A stretch of DNA of 64,000 bases. It comes from Paraspadella gotoi (taxonomy: Eukaryota > Animalia > Chaetognatha). Both the position numbers and the translations under genes were made by a program. Positions 46,569-62,497 of the stretch are shown in pieces; position 1 is the stretch's first letter, and the number at the start of each line of letters is the position of its first letter. Under the pieces are notes generated by a model. The model was not told where the DNA came from. It worked only from the letters and a program-made list of their open reading frames with translations, and did no database searches. The DNA lies in NCBI GenBank assembly GCA_051294375.1, contig CM119269.1, positions 16,825,030 to 16,889,029 on the forward strand, given 5' to 3'.

Positions 46569-49500
46569 ATCTGAAGGATGTGGTCTTGCGGTGTGAAATT
46601 GTGAATGTTTGGTTTGATAACACGCGGAGCAAGTCAAATGTGAATGATGTGAAGAGTCGCAAACGTTTTGAAGACTCAACTTTTTTTTATCGTTTTTTTT
46701 TTTTCCTGCAGAGTTTGAAGCTGGTTTAGCGGTAGCAGACGAGGCAGCGGCGGCATCGAAATAAATCTGGTCTTGAAGAGGAATCTGCGATGTCTTTTAC
46801 GAAGAAAGTTTCTGTCCCTACGTAATTGAGTACATCTTTAAACCTTTTTTTCAAACAAAATATTGTTTTTATCTCAATCTCAAAATGATAACCACTCACC
46901 AGCGTTTCTTCGCCGCTCAGACTGCAGACCCTCGAGTCTGAATTGAAATGAGAAAAAAAAAATAAACATAAAAAAGTCACCAATGAAAATCTCCTCTTCT
47001 TAAGACTGGCACCGCAAAGCGAATTGAATGAGACCGCAGGCGGTAAATGGCACCGCAAATGGGCATGTAGTAGTAATACCAGCTGGAATTGCGCATCGAG
47101 CGATTGAGCCAAGAAGCTTCATCCCGCGGACGAGAGAATCGGGGGAGACTTGGGGCCGAGTTGGACTTTTAAGTTGGATCGAGGGGAGAATAACTCGACG
47201 CTGAGACTCATCGTTAGTTTATGCAAAAAGGATTGAGAAGACTTTTAAACTTACAAAGTTAAAAATAAAAAAATGGCGAAAAATGTAAAGCTTGAAAAAA
47301 AAAGAGAGAAGAAGAAGAAGAAGAAAGAATTGGCGGGAAAGTTGAAGCTTAAAAAGAAAATGGGTTGAAATAATGATCGAAAAGGCAAAAGGATTGGAGG
47401 CAGCGATCGAGAGAGGGGAGACGCCGAGTCGGAGAAGAAAATCAAAATAGAAGAAAGGAAAAAAAAAGAAAAAAGAAAAAGAATTAAATGTTGAAAGAAA
47501 AATACAAAAAGAAAAAGACAGTAGAGATGAAGAAGAGGACAGGTACAGGGAAAAAGAGTAAAGTTGGAATAGAAAAATACTTTAAAATATTATTACAGAA
47601 AAAGTAAATTTAAATTAAATTTAATTTAATTATAAAAATTCTTCCGATTTCGTAACAATTTATCTCTCTCTCTCTCTCTTCTCTCTCCTCTCATGCTGAT
47701 CTCATTCACTCTCTTCCTCCCACTCGCTCATCTCTGCCTTTCTCGCTCTGCTTATGGTTGACCAGGTGTTTTGGTTTCGAGTCTCATAAGTCGTCGTTCG
47801 GTTTGGTCGCGCATGCGTCGATCAGATCCAGAACCGCTCAATTTCCCCTCCTCTTCGCACCCTTTCTCTTTCGCCTCCCTTTCTTGCTTCTATTTTCCAC
47901 CTTTCCACTCTCTTCTTTGCCTCCCATACCCCACATTCCTCTCTGACTTATCTTTTCTTTTTTACTCACCTTATTCTATCCTTATTCCGATTCACGTCCG
48001 CTGCCCATTCTTTTGTTCTTCTCGCATCCCTCTCTGCCTTCCTTTTCTCTCTCCTTTCGATCTTTACTTTCTTCTTTCTTCTCTCTCTCCCTCAATTTTT
48101 CATTTATTCTTTACTTATTTCTTAATTCTCTTTAATTCCTTCTTTCCTTCTTCTTATTCTCCCTCTCCTTTGAACTCCCTTTCCTCCTCCTCACTCCTTC
48201 TCCTCCTTCTCCAAATTCCTTTTCCGCTCCTCATCCCTTAACCGTTTCTCGCTTGTCTGGTGCATGCTCTGCACTGGAGCGGAGCCAACTATTTTCTGAG
48301 CTCCTCCAACTGTCTGCGCCGCCCATCTTTTTTGGGTTCTATTTCTTCCCTCCCCCCCCTTGCCATCCGCCGCTCTCAATCTTAAAAAAAGAAAAACAAG
48401 CGTTTTTTCTAATTTTTTTATAAAATACATTAAATAAAATTAAATACCATTAAATACATTCCATGCTCTCATCTCCAATTTTTGCTCTTGTCTGTCCCTG
48501 TCTCAATCCTGATCTAACCTCTCGTTCTTTTCTCTCTCTCCTCTCTCTCTCTCTGATCTCTCTCTCTCTGCATTTCCAGTCGTCCTCTTATCTCATCCTC
48601 GACTCATGCTCATCGTCTCTCGTCATAGCTCCCACTCTTCCCCCCCCATTTCCTAGTTCCCCGCTCTCCAACCCTCCCCCCCTAGTTATGTCTCGCCTCT
48701 CAAGTCTTCTCTACTTCTCTCTCCCGCTCTCTTTCCTGCCCCGCCGACTGCGCATTTTCGTTCGTCTGACGGCGCCCGACTCACTTCGATTATGCTTTTG
48801 AAAAGAAGACTGATACCGCTGACATTTCACTACTAACTCTCTCGTCTCTCCTCTCTCTCTCTCTCTCTCGACTCTCTGGTTTGTTTTCTTGCTGGATCTC
48901 TGGTTCTTTGAGCTTGAGCTATCTCTCTTTATCTCTCTCTTAGAGCGTCTCTCTCCCTCTCTCTCTCTCCTTTTTTGTTCACCACATTCTCTCCCCTCGC
49001 TCTCCGCCGATTTCTCGTTTAAAAAGCTTCATGGTACATGATGCTCTCAACTTTTCTGTCCCGCTCTATTTTTATTATTTTCTTTCTTCTCTACTGGTAC
49101 GCGCTCTCTTGCGGAAGAGAGGGGGAAATGAGAAGGAAAGCAGACGAGGAAGGGGGGAGTAGCATGAGAGGCGGCACGAAGTTTTGAATTGAGGTACCGA
49201 AGAGGCTGGAACGCGATTACGCTTATAAATAGAATAATTAATTGATATTGTACCGAATCGCTAAATTAGTTAGAGTAATCATTCATACACAGAACCACCC
49301 ACTCACACGAAGACCACACGTAGACATCAAAAGCGTCGTCAAACATGTTACGTGACTAAACTAATGTGGTTGAAAATTTAACCTAAACTGAACAAAAATA
49401 AAAACTGACTAGTATACCAACGAAATTTCGTCGCTGCTATCACTCGCTGGATTATATTCGCCTCTAAAAACCTTTACGTCTGCTCTTATCCGACGACGAC

Positions 49501-49889
49501 AACGACGCACGGACCACCGAACCGACGCCCCGCGAGCCGACGACCCTCGACAACGACGTCAACAACAGACGCCGGGTTGCACCAATCCCGGGACGCCGCC
49601 CATTTTTTTCCCGTCAGGGGCGCCGACCTTACAATTGTGGGCGTCGGTTTGGTCCGCTGTCGTTGTTGTTGTCGTTTGCCGTATTTCGAGAGGAAACAAG
49701 AAACGCAATATCCGTCGCCAATTCTTTTATTAAGAGGATTAGTCTTCGCGAGAATCCCGATCCCAAGCGTTTTGATGACCAATCGAAACCCACGGCTCAC
49801 TTCCAAACCAGGCCCGTCAGGAGGGGAGGAGGGGGGAGTCGGTGCCAAGCGGGTAGCTGTCCGTGACTCCGAGGCCGGGTGACCGGGTC

Positions 49890-51600
49890 GCTTCAAGATT
49901 GTTTCTTCCTACATTGGCTGCTTGATATGCGTCGACGTCTCCGAGAGGATTCTGACATTCTTGTACTGCTGCCGCCCGTCGCCTCTGCTGCGCGGATATG
50001 ATTTTTACGGCGGAATTCGCGGGTGGCGAAAATGAAAAGGAAGGCTCCCAAGGCTCCCTTTTCACCCTATTTTAGATGTGATTATCTTTTTGCGTTGACA
50101 AGTGTGGTGTGTTTGCTAAAATTACAATATCTTGCTTGGTGTTGCTTTAAATTACTTGTTCCATACGTTCTCTTCCCAAAACCATGCCTCTTCCGCCCTT
50201 TCATTGCCTAATACTCGGTTCTAATTTTTAAATCGTTTCGATATGTTCGTTTGTCTCGTCTCCGTCGGCCCGCGAAGAAGATGGGCTTGTTTACACATTT
50301 CTAGCATAAACTCTAACCTCTCTCTCTCTACTCCCTCTCTCTCTCTCTTCTCTTCTCTCTCTTCCTCTCTCCTCTTCTTCTCTCTCCTTCATTCTCTCTC
50401 TTCTCTGCGTGCTCTCTCTCTCCCCCATTCTACCGTTCACAGCGGAGCCGATGGAGACGATTTATCGGGAAGCAGAACGGTGGTGTGGCAAGGCAGCGTA
50501 ATTAATTTGTTCGCAAAGAACGATTCGGCTAGTCTTTTTTTTCTCTTAGGAATTAGGGGATTTTGTCAAAATGATTTCATGGTTCAGGAACTAAGATTTG
50601 ATGGTGGAGTCGGAATTTTCCAGTCTCCCGTTGTTGCCCGCGGTCGAAGCGGTGGCTTAGAGAAAGCGAAAACGAGTTGACAATTTTAACTATATGATTT
50701 TAAAAGTATATTGTTGTCAGGAAAAACCCATCTTTACGCTACTTAAATATTCTTTGAGCATTACTACAAAATAAAATCATACTTAAATAAGGCCTCTGTT
50801 TGAGGACCGAGCCTCCTCGCTAGGGACCTAAGCAACCCCCCCCATCATTGACTAGAAGCCCGGGCCTCCGAGCATGCGAGGGTGAAAGCATGTGTAAGGG
50901 TCACATTTGATTTTTTTTTCTGCCAGACACAGTCGTAGGAAATCGACATCTGAGAGAGCGGTACATAAGGCTCGAAGAAAAGGCGCGTGTTGGTTTGCTG
51001 CGCGCCGCGGTCGGGCCGAGGGCCGCTGCCAATTGAGGGCGCCATCCCACTGTAAGGTCTCCCGCGATAAAGCCAACGCACAAAAGCCCGAGTACAATTC
51101 GGCGTTCAAGGTTAGAGGTCGTTGGGGTAGGAGCGGGCGAAAGCGAATTAAGTTGAAAATGATTGTCAGTCCAGGTCCTTCGCTCGAAAGCGGTCGAATT
51201 GGAAGCGCGTCAGCGGAACCTTTTGTTTTTTGGGAGAAGTGAGCGCGGGAAGAAGACGATAAATGAATGAAGAAGTGAAATGGGGGAAATGGGTGCGTGG
51301 GTGATATTAACTTGAGCTTCGAAAGAATGCGAAGAGAAAGCAAAAGGAAAAGCAACGAAAGGACTGAACTCTGTTTTTATTGTTTAACGTACAGGAGAAT
51401 AAGCTTAAACTAGGCGAGCTATATCTACTACTCTTTTAATCTGATAAAAGTTTGACGGAGCCACACACCAGATTTTCTTTCTCCTTAGAGATTGAATCTC
51501 TCGGCGAGGAAATAAGAAGAGATGGAGTGATGCGAGTTAGACCTAAAGAAAACAAGAGTAGGCCTTTAGGGAAAGAGAAAGAGACAAGGAAAAAAGATTG
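49890..51600 (+). repeat. Insertion-rich inverted copy of ~58770-59870
   Basis: Shared collinear anchors in opposite orientation include ttttacggcgga, gtcaggaaaa(a)cccatcttta, cattactacaaa, gccgcggtcgggc, cttcgaaagaatg and aacaagagtaggcctttagg. This copy is ~1.7 kb against ~1.1 kb. Confidence 0.85.
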
Positions 51601-54306
51601 TATTTTGGAATGGTAGGATGAAGGACGAGATTGGAGTGATTCGATGGGGAGATTAAGAAATTCAATTTGAGAGAGTTCAGCCGAAGGGATATGAGAAGAA
51701 GAGTGAAGGAGTATTTCGTAAGTCATCTATGAGAGGAGAGCCCGTTTCAAACCCGTTTCCACGTTCGCTCACCCTCAGATCCATTTTTAAAATCGGGAGA
51801 CCAAAGAAGCTGGAAGAGAATTTCGCGAAGAGACGAGAACGCGGGTTGGGTAGGCAAGACCTTATCTCGCTTTACCAGTCTCCATTCGAATTCTTTTCCA
51901 TTAACGAATTACCCCTTTGGGGTTCTAATCAATGATCGAGAAAGTATTTATTGATTTTTCCTCCCGATTCGAGCGAGAGAGAGGGGAGGTTTTTGAGTCT
52001 ACGAGAGAAAAGCCTCTTTTTTGCTTTACCACTTCTCTCTCTTGAGTGGTATTAACTAGTGTTTTGGGTGTCAATCACCCCCACGATTGACGCCCACTCA
52101 CATAGGAGTCCCAGTCGAGGAAATATACGTTATATTTTTATCGCTTTTTATTATAAAAGGGGACTCAACCCCGATATCCCCGTTAATTTTTTTGTCAGGA
52201 CTCCGAGTGGTTAAACTTTTTTTTGAATTGTACCATCCGTGCTGTCTGTTCTGGTACGGCTATACTTTCAATCGAATTATTTTATAATAGAATAGTTTTC
52301 TTAAATGACACTGGTCAGCTTCCTTATTTTTAGATATCTATTAGTCTGTAGGCGGGATCAAAACATATATGAGATTTATACATAAGTAATAATTTTTAAA
52401 CCTTCCAATAATTATCTATAATAATTTCGTGTTCAATATTAGACGGGAATATAGTTATTTATTTTAATTTTGGTTTTATATGTGGATTTATAAAATGGTG
52501 GAGATAAGGGAAGGAGATGATGTTCATTAGGTTTTCAGACCGAAGTTTTATTTTTTTATTAATTCTTTATTAAGGGAGCAGGGAAGGCAAGGGGCGGGCT
52601 TCTAAGTGGCGGGTTAGAAGGCGGAATACCGGGAGGAAGACAAAAATTATTTTATGTATGTTGTTCTACTGGGAAACTTAGCACTTACCCAATCGTCCCG
52701 ACCAAGGGACGAAAAGAGAGAGAGAGAGAGACGAGAGAGAGAGAGAGATAGAGATGAGAGAGAGAAGACGAGGACGAGGATGGAAGCTGAGGTCGAGATG
52801 GAGAGAGCAGAGAGGACGGCGCCGAGTTGAGAGGGCTCCGGCGGCCCGCGTGGTTACGGCCCGTCGCGAGCGAGGGCGAAAGACCATCCCCCGCATCGGC
52901 GGCTTATGACTAACGACGTCCGGCAGGAAGACAAATGAAACAAAGTAACAGTTCCGGCGCAAAAACCTTTGAGCGATGAATGAATCACAGAGGCCGACGG
53001 ATGAAAGCTAAGCTGACATATGTAGCGATTTACGAGAGAGTCGGAAAGGGAGAAAGGAAAGGGAAAAGAGAGTAAGAGAGGAGAGGATGAGAGAGAGAGA
53101 GATGACAGAGAGAGAGAGAGAGAGACGAGAGGACGAGGAGAGAGATAGAGAGAGGGAGAGAGAGAGGACAGAGTTAGGTTAAACCGCTACTAAGGGAGCG
53201 CGCNNNNNNNNNNNNNNNNNNNNNNNNNAAATTCTTTGTTCTCTGTTGTCGTCAACAGTTTGAAAAACATTAACCGATTTCGCGCGGGGACAAAAAAAAA
53301 AGTAAAACTCGGAATTGAGTCTTTAAAAAGCGAAATCGTGTTTTCCTCGAGATCCTNNNNNNNNNNNNNNNNNNNNNNNNNTGAAGAAAAGGAAAGAAGG
53401 GGGAAAGGAATGAGAAAAGGAAAGAAGGGATGAAGGGATAAGGAAAGGAAGAACGGAGGAAGGGAATGAAGGAAAGGAAAGAGGGAAGGAATGTAAGAAG
53501 GAGGAGAAAAAAGGAGAGAAGAGGAATGGAGGAAAATTAGTAAGGGAAAAAGAATTAAAAAAGGAGAAGAAATAAAGTTAGGGAAGGAGAAAAGGAATGA
53601 AAGATCGGATGGGACAAGTGAACCAGCATGTTAGGAAGGAGGAAGAATATGATAGGATGCAGAAGGAGGGCAAGCATTCAGCTGAATCTGGACAATCGTG
53701 AAGGTGAAAGATGGAAATGGAAAAAAAAGAAATTATGCTAAGATCCGACTAATTCAAATTTTGAAAAGGAATACCAGTGAAATATTTCTTTTCGTTTTTA
53801 TGGCAGATTCATTTAAAATTTTCGGTTGAGAAAAGTAGGTGTGAGAAAGTCGGAAGCGCCAAAAATTAACTGAGACGGAAAAATTGACATTTTTTTTTAA
53901 AAGCGCTCACACTTTCCTAATTTTTTTCGTTTACTTTCAATTCCAGCAGTAAAATGTGCAAAAGCACTGAAACTTTCTGAATTGCATGTATTTGTTCACT
54001 TTGTTTAATGTCTGTCGCTTTACAAAATGAGCCGTGGGTTCATTTTTATAGAAATCCTGCCCACTTAAACCCTTTTTAACTTTTAACAACTCTACTAGTA
54101 CAATGGTTTTCATTCAATCTTCAATTAAAGCTTTTATCTCGTTTTCTTCCTTCTTTTTTTTTTAATCGCTCTTTTCGCTTCCGCCCCGAAAAAAATAAGG
54201 AAAAAAAAAAAAATCAATTACCATTTTTTTCATGATTCCTTCGTTCCGCAAACAACTCAGAATGACTTCTCCTTGTCTCCTCCAGTATTAACCATTAAAT
54301 GTTCAT

Positions 54307-54397
<91 letters not shown>

Positions 54398-56899
54398 TCT
54401 CCTTTAATAACACTCACACTAGACAACCCAGGTGACAAGGATGTGCCAAAGTGAAAATTGAGCCATTCCCGACTCACCTGTTCCTTCCTCGACTTCAAGC
54501 TTCTCTCCATACGAATTTCGTCGATGTTCGCAATTTCTTTTTTTCGTCTCATGGCAAAAAAAAAAAAAAAGAAAATAAATTAGAAAAAGAAAATTATTAT
54601 TCTTCTGATATAAATTAATTCGTAATGATCTAATCCATTACTGACCAGGATAGAGACTTTTTAATTGTGGCTGAGCAAGAAATCCGCTTTTTCTATAACC
54701 ATATGTAAGTTTATGTATGTATGTTGGAAATATCTTGCAAGCTTAATTAAGGGCGTAGGAGAGGGAAAGAACGTCATTTCCGTCAGTTTCTTTTTCATAA
54801 CTAAATTATCATAGATATTAGTCTCTCTGACATTTCGCGTATCATTTCCTCATTTTCAAAAATATCGACGTTGAAATACAAGTTTTACAGTTCCCTTAAT
54901 ACAAACAAAACATAATAAAAACTAATGCCACCCGTAAGGAGCTTGAGTCAGAACAGGACCGTTTAGCGCTTGATTTTTTTGGAAGTACGAAATGCCCGAA
55001 GAAAGGCACTTTTAAACCACATGACGCCGACTGACCCCTCCCCCCCCAGCGAGCCCAGCCCACTATCCTTCCCCCCTACTCCCCCCCCCTCAGAGTATTT
55101 CTCCATTGGATTCCGTTCCTGGATTATAAAGTAGAAAATCGAGTCTGTCGCCCACCCGACAAACAAAAAACAAAACAAAACTCTGCGCTCGGAAGCGCCA
55201 TCTACTTTCTGCGGAAAAAAAAAAAGATCGTCTACTCCAGTTTAAGCCCAAATGTCGTTAAGATGTTTTTCCCGAACAACTTGGAATTAATTTTACTCGC
55301 AAATGTTATTTTAAAACATGAAGTTTTTTGTTGAGTTTTTTTTAGAACGTTCTGTGTTTATCATGACTCTCGCAGAAATACGTCCAAAAATAAAACTGAA
55401 CGGGAGACGAAAAAACTCAAAAATATATATCGGAAAAGTAAAAATATATTTTTTAGTTTTCCAATTAACATGGCCGTATATTTTCTTTGGTTTATTTAGA
55501 TATACATTATTCATATATATTTATTTTTACCAGCTTGCTTCTACTTTTTTGTTTACTTTTTTGTCCCACCACGACAATGCAGAGCCGTGCGTAGATTTTT
55601 TACTCGTTTATTTACTCAAAAACTCGGGCGCATGTTGCTCTTTTTTCGACCGTCCGAGATGGCGCGTACTAGATGTCGCGCGAGTAGATTTGATTAATTT
55701 CGAGATAAACGAGAGTTAACGCTGAGGTAAGGTGGTGAAGATATTGACAATGGACATAATTAACATAGGCCCATCGGACAATTGAACATTAAGACAAAAC
55801 ATTTAATGTTTTATTTAAGATGAAATATTGGGTTTTATTTTCTGTTACATTTCTTTGTTGTAAAGTATAATTTTACAATTGTTACGAATATTTTTAGTTC
55901 CGTTAAAAAACCCGGCAATCTTATTCAAACGATCAGGCTTGTTGATCTCAAGCATTGCTGCTCTGCTTGGTTTTTTTAACTCTCTTCCTATTTCTGCTTG
56001 TTATTGTTTATAGATTTCCTAGGGGCTTTTATGCCGTCACGAAAAAATTCTAATATTATATTTATATTTATATATTTATATTTATGCCGTCACGGAAATT
56101 TTTAATATTTTCCGAATAAGTTTAAAAACGGCTAAAAGCTCAGGCTGCCGATGTCAGTCCTTATTAAAAATAAGCTGACATTTTCTTAGTCGGAAACCGC
56201 TGAGAACAAGGAAGAGTAGAATTATGTAAAAAAAAAACAACCAAATTTCTGTTGAAAGATCGTGCGAAAACAAACTATTTTTGATCGTCTTAACTATGCT
56301 AACATAAACGATGAAATATTTTTCCTTCTTTGTCGAGTTCTATAATGTTTACTCCGATTAATATTTAATTAGTGGCAAAAAAACTTTTTTTTAATTGTTT
56401 AATACGAACCTGTATGTGACTTTTTGAGTAACAATTTTGTTGTTGGAAAATAAAAAAAAACTTTCTCGTCGTCATAATTGTAATTTTCTTTCATAAATTG
56501 TATTTTTAATCCCGGTTTTCCTCCGGGGAAAATAAAGGGGAATATTCTTATTTCAATCTTTTTTTTTCAATTTTGAAGTCGTGGGCGCGTCGATATTTTT
56601 GCGTCTCTCAAAACGGCGGGACCGGCGCAAGCGCAGAGAAGATTTCGTCGTAATAGCAATCAAACTAATTAATCCGTTCGCGCGAGCCGGGCCAATCGAA
56701 CGAGAGAGAGGGAGAAGAAGAGAGAGAGAGAGGAGAGAGAGAGGAGAGAGAGACAGATGAGAGAAACTGGGAGAGAGAAGACGGGAACCCACGGGAGAAG
56801 ACGAGAGACGAGAGATGAGAGAGAGAGAGAGGAGAGAGAACAGGTGGGGAAGAGAAGAAAGGAAGACGTCGCAATGTAGAGAGAGAGACGAGAGAGTTG

Positions 56900-57420
56900 A
56901 GGGAAAGGGGAAACTTTGGAAAGGGAAAGGGAAAAGGGAAGGGAAGGAAAAGGAAAAGGGAAGGGAATTAGGAAAAGGGAATAATAGAGTGACTGAGATA
57001 CATCTATCAATCGCTTATAAGACCGGAAACAGGAACTTGCGTAAATCGGGAACGGGGAAAAGAAGAAAAGGAATAGGAAAGGGAAAGGAAAAGGGCTCAG
57101 TCCTCAAAAGGAAAGGAATAGGAAAGGGAAAGGGAAAGGGAAAGGAAAAGGGCAAGGGAAGGGAAAGGGAAGGACGGAAAAGGAAAAGGAAAAAGGAAAG
57201 GGAAGAAGGAAAAGCAACAACAGGAAAGGGAATAAGGCAAAGGAAAGGGAAAGCGGAAGGGACAAAGGACAAGGGAAGGGAAAGAAAAAGGGAAAGGGAC
57301 AAGGGGAAATAGAGAAAAGGAAAAGGAAAAGGAAAAGGAAGGAAAGGGAAAAGGAAATGGAAAAGGGACAAGGGACAGCGGAAAGGGGAAAGGGAAAGGA
57401 AAAGGAAAAGGATAAGGGGA
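56900..57420 (+). repeat. Purine-rich (GGAAAA/GGGAAA)n hexamer tract
   Basis: Direct reading. Confidence 0.9.
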
Positions 57421-58394
57421 TTGGACAAACTTTATTCCTATTAATTTTGATATTTTTGTAAACAATTTTCGGCCAAATTAGAGAATTTGAACGTCTTTCA
57501 TTTAGAATCGAGTGAAGGTATTTCCTTTACAATTTAATCTCGGCGTCCATACTCCATGTCCACACTCCGTCCAAACGTTCCACCTTTTCCCACTTCTTCC
57601 ATTTCTCAGACCTTCGCCGCCGCTTCCTTACTGCAAGTTTATGTGAATTTTAGCAAAAATTGAGATGAAGATATAGTGATTCCTGATATTTTGCTCCAGT
57701 TTTTCTGACTGCGAACTCCCCCTGAATGGTCCCACGGACCCCTCTAGAACTTTCGGGCTTTCTTGACAGCAAAAAATAGTTATAAAAATGTTTGCATTTT
57801 TCCCAAACACCTTCGCCGAACCTTATAGAGAATGGTAATGTGCCAAAGGGTGAATGTTATATTTGATTGTGATGTCGTCCAATTTTTTTCAAATGTGGAC
57901 CATTATCATTTTGATTTTTTTTATTTACCCGTTCCCAAAACGATTTTTTTTTTAAATTTAGTCCCAAAAAGCTGGATCTTCCTTCATTCATTCATTCATT
58001 CATTCAATTCCTTCATTTCATTCATTCCATTCATTTATTTATTTATTTACTTTATTTATTTTATTTTATTTAATTTATTTATTTACTTTATTTATTTATT
58101 CTATTTATTATTATTTATTTTTTCTAAAACGGATTTCTTCCCTCCTAAATTATTTTTCCCATCACAAAAAAAGAAAAAATGGAGAGAATGATCTTCCCCA
58201 TTGGCCTCCGCGATTAGAACCAAAATCTCGATGTCAAAGAAACAAAATGGACTTTAGCGGATGAAATCTCAACGACTTCGATCTTCCATTTATCATTTCC
58301 GTTCGACAAGTTTGAGTTCAGAGATGATTGACTCTCTGTGAGATTGTGAGATTGTGAGACTCAGTCTCCGTGACTGTTGATTGTCAGACTCGAG

Positions 58395-58670
58395 TTAAGG
58401 TGAACTTAGTAATATTTTGCCTGATTAACTGAGCAAAGTGTTCTGACAAATTTGCCTAGGTAAAGAAATGATTTTTCTTAATAAAATATAGGCCCAAATT
58501 TCTGAATCAAAATATTTTGGCTTATATTTATTTTTAAAGATAAATAAAACAACTATATTTTTTTTTAATGTTTTAATTTCGTTATCAACTATATTTTTAA
58601 TTTGTTACTATATTTAAGCCAAAATATTTTTTTTCCCAGATGGCTTATGAAATATGATTATCAATAGTGT
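58395..58670 (-). mobile_element. Partial inverted copy of the right end of the 60666-62497 element
   Basis: ttaaggtgaacttagtaatattttgcctgattaactgagca...ttgcctaggtaaagaaat...tttaaagataaataaaac...ttcgttatcaacta matches the reverse complement of ~62190-62497; similarity begins at the TIR motif. Confidence 0.7.
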
Positions 58671-58769
58671 GCCACTCACTTCTGATTGTCAAACAACGCT
58701 GCTTCGGCTTTTCTCTCGTTTCTCTCTCTTCTCTCTCTTCTCATCTCTCTCTTTCTCTCTCCTCTCTCT

Positions 58770-59870
<1,101 letters not shown>

Positions 59871-60507
59871 AAGCGTTCTCAACGGGGCGGAGCAATCTCG
59901 CCCGGACCAGGAGGGTGAGGTGTGAGGCGCGTGGAGGGTGAGGGACGGGTAGGTGGCGCGCGTACGGAGGGGAACGCCCCGCTGCGTTGAGCGAGATAGA
60001 GCCTCTTAATGAGTCGTTATTCTTCGTACGACGTGGGAGGTTGTGACGAGGCGACCCACGCGGCATTTGGCGTCGGTTCTATTCCGATGGGAGGAAAGGC
60101 CACGTCGGGAGGAAAGGGGGAGGAGGCTGTGAGAGGTAGAAGAGGGGTTGCGAGTGGTAGAGGAAGGGCTGGTAGATGAGGGACTGTGAGTGGGGATGTG
60201 GGTAAAATCAAAAAGAGAAATGATGTAGGGTTGAAGTAAAAGTCAGAGAGTGATCCGTGTTTAAAAAAAAAGCTGGACTATGACTGATGCTGGGCCTGAG
60301 CTTTTCTTTTTAAGATTTATACTATGTGGCAAGGTGGTTGTCAGGTAGGGGAGCGGGTATCGCGGAGCTCAAAAGGTCAAACTCAAAGGCTGGAGTGGAG
60401 CCAAGAGAGGGGCGCCATCTCTCGTTGGCGCGAGTGAATTTTTATGAGGTGGAGTTCGATGCGGGGCAAGGGGGGTTTGGAAAGAGGGAGAATTGGCTGA
60501 AAGGTGC

Positions 60508-60596
<89 letters not shown>

Positions 60597-60665
60597 AAGC
60601 AATAACGATAATGGGCGTGGGCCCTGAATCTGATGGGCCTATTTGTTAGTTGCCAAGGAGATGGA

Positions 60666-62497
60666 TAAGGGGTGAACTTAGGCAAAGAATTTTATCTCTT
60701 AACATAGGTATAGATCAACATTTTTGGCTACTTACCTACGTAGTCTAATCTGAACTAAAAGTAGGCCATTTATTTAATTGAGGAAAGAATGCTTGTAAAA
60801 CTAAGACATAAACTGATAAACTTCATTATCAATTGCTAAGATTTAAAAGGGAACAGGTTATCTTTAATAATTTGAAGCCAATTGATATAAAATATTGTAT
60901 TAATAATTAATATTGTAGTCTAATTGTATTCTATTGCTAGTCTAACTAAGTGTTGTAAGTAACTGCTCACTGCTGCAGATTTCCAGAAGACTAACAACTG
61001 ACCTCCTCCCTCCAAAATGATGCTTTATTATTAAAGATATATATAAGCAAATAATATTATAAAATAAGTAATAATATATACTAATTAAACTAATATAGTT
61101 TAAATAGTAAAACATTACCTTCACCTATCTTAAAATCTGACCACATGTCTTTTTCTCAACCTGTGTTGGAAGCTTATCTCTGCTCTTTCTTTTTTCTCAT
61201 CTTCTCTCTCTGTCTGCTCTTCTCTCTCCTCTCTCTTCCTGACTCCAATGTTAGAGAAATTTAGTCTGATTATTCAAACGCCCCCTGTATGAAGGCTTAT
61301 ACATTCTAAAGCCTGAAACATGCTCCTATGTAAAAATAAAAATCGTTATAAATAAACAAATAAACTTTGGTTTTCTCTAAAGTTTAAATAGTAAAAACAT
61401 TCATAAAATTATAAAAATATAAGATAATTTGATTTATTTGAAATAAGTAATATTTGGCGAAATTTCATATAATAAAAAATATCAAAATATAACAAAATAA
61501 GTGAATATTTTTCGGTATTCAATTTTAAAAAAATCTTTATTCAAATAATAAAAACTTAATTTGCACGTCAACATTGAAACTTCATTAGTTTTAGCCCAAA
61601 TATTTTAATGAAACATTAAAATAATTTTATAAAAAAAATTAATTAGCTATGACAACTCATATTTAGGTGTTGTAGTTGGCGTTTTCATTTGGGTTGATTG
61701 AGGGAGGGGTTTTTGCGAAAGTCTTATTATTAGTTGTTTTTAATTAAAATAAACATTTTTCCAGTATTTCATGAATGTCATTTTTTAAGTTTGAGTTAAA
61801 ATCTTTGTTAATGATATGAAAATAATAGAAAGGAGAATTTTTTATATATTTTTTTTTATTGAAAATCATATCCATAGGATATTTACTTTCCATATCGAGC
61901 TCGAATTTTTTTATATATAAACAGCCTAAGGGAGTATTGAGTCATCCATATCATATCTGCAACAAGAATTCCTAATGAGCTTTATGACATTCTAAAATAA
62001 GATACAAAAACATTTTTAGAGGCGACTTGAAGTCTTTGCTTAAATGTACTGGCATCCTATATTGTTATTACTAATAAGATTCTTTATTAATCTGTTAATT
62101 TCATTATTTATCAATAGACTTACATCTTCTTTAATGAATTTTATTTCGGTTCTGGGTCTGGTAGTAGCCAAGTAGTTTAAGCATACTTAATGCTTGATGA
62201 CTCGTAATTCAATGCATCTGTCAATTTTTGCCTTAAAATAAGAATTGACGAAAAAGTATTTAATTTGGCTTAAGAAATAGAAAACAAATAAAATTAATAG
62301 TTGATAACGAATTATAACAATAAAAGAAAAATTAAATAGTTTTATTTATCTTTAAAATAAATATAGAAAAATAATTTTGCATTCAGGGAAATTGCCTATA
62401 ATTTTATTAAGAAAAATCTATTTCTTTACCTAGGCAATTTCAGTAAACACTTCTGCTCAGTTAATCCAGGCAAAATATTACCTAAGTTCACCCCTTA
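60666..62497. mobile_element. Putative non-autonomous DNA transposon (~1.8 kb) with terminal inverted repeats
   Basis: TAAGGGGTGAACTTAGG at 60666-60682 is the exact reverse complement of CCTAAGTTCACCCCTTA at 62481-62497, with TA outermost on both sides. The interior is AT-rich with no transposase ORF. A second copy of one end starts at the same motif at 58395. Confidence 0.55.

Noticed and set aside
47000-47065. Direct repeat tggcaccgcaaa (two copies)
   Set aside because: Short, with no associated ORF or recognisable element.
54747-54899. TTAA-GGG...CCC-TTAA Kolobok-like mini element
   Set aside because: Only 7-8 bp of inverted match and no second copy in the window, which is compatible with chance in AT-rich DNA.
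56028-56110. Direct repeat tttatgccgtcacg with 53-bp period
   Set aside because: Only two copies, separated by (TATATT)n; an ordinary local duplication.
56815-57465. GKGKGK / FPFPFP ORFs
   Set aside because: They are translations of a purine hexamer tract with no unique coding flanks.
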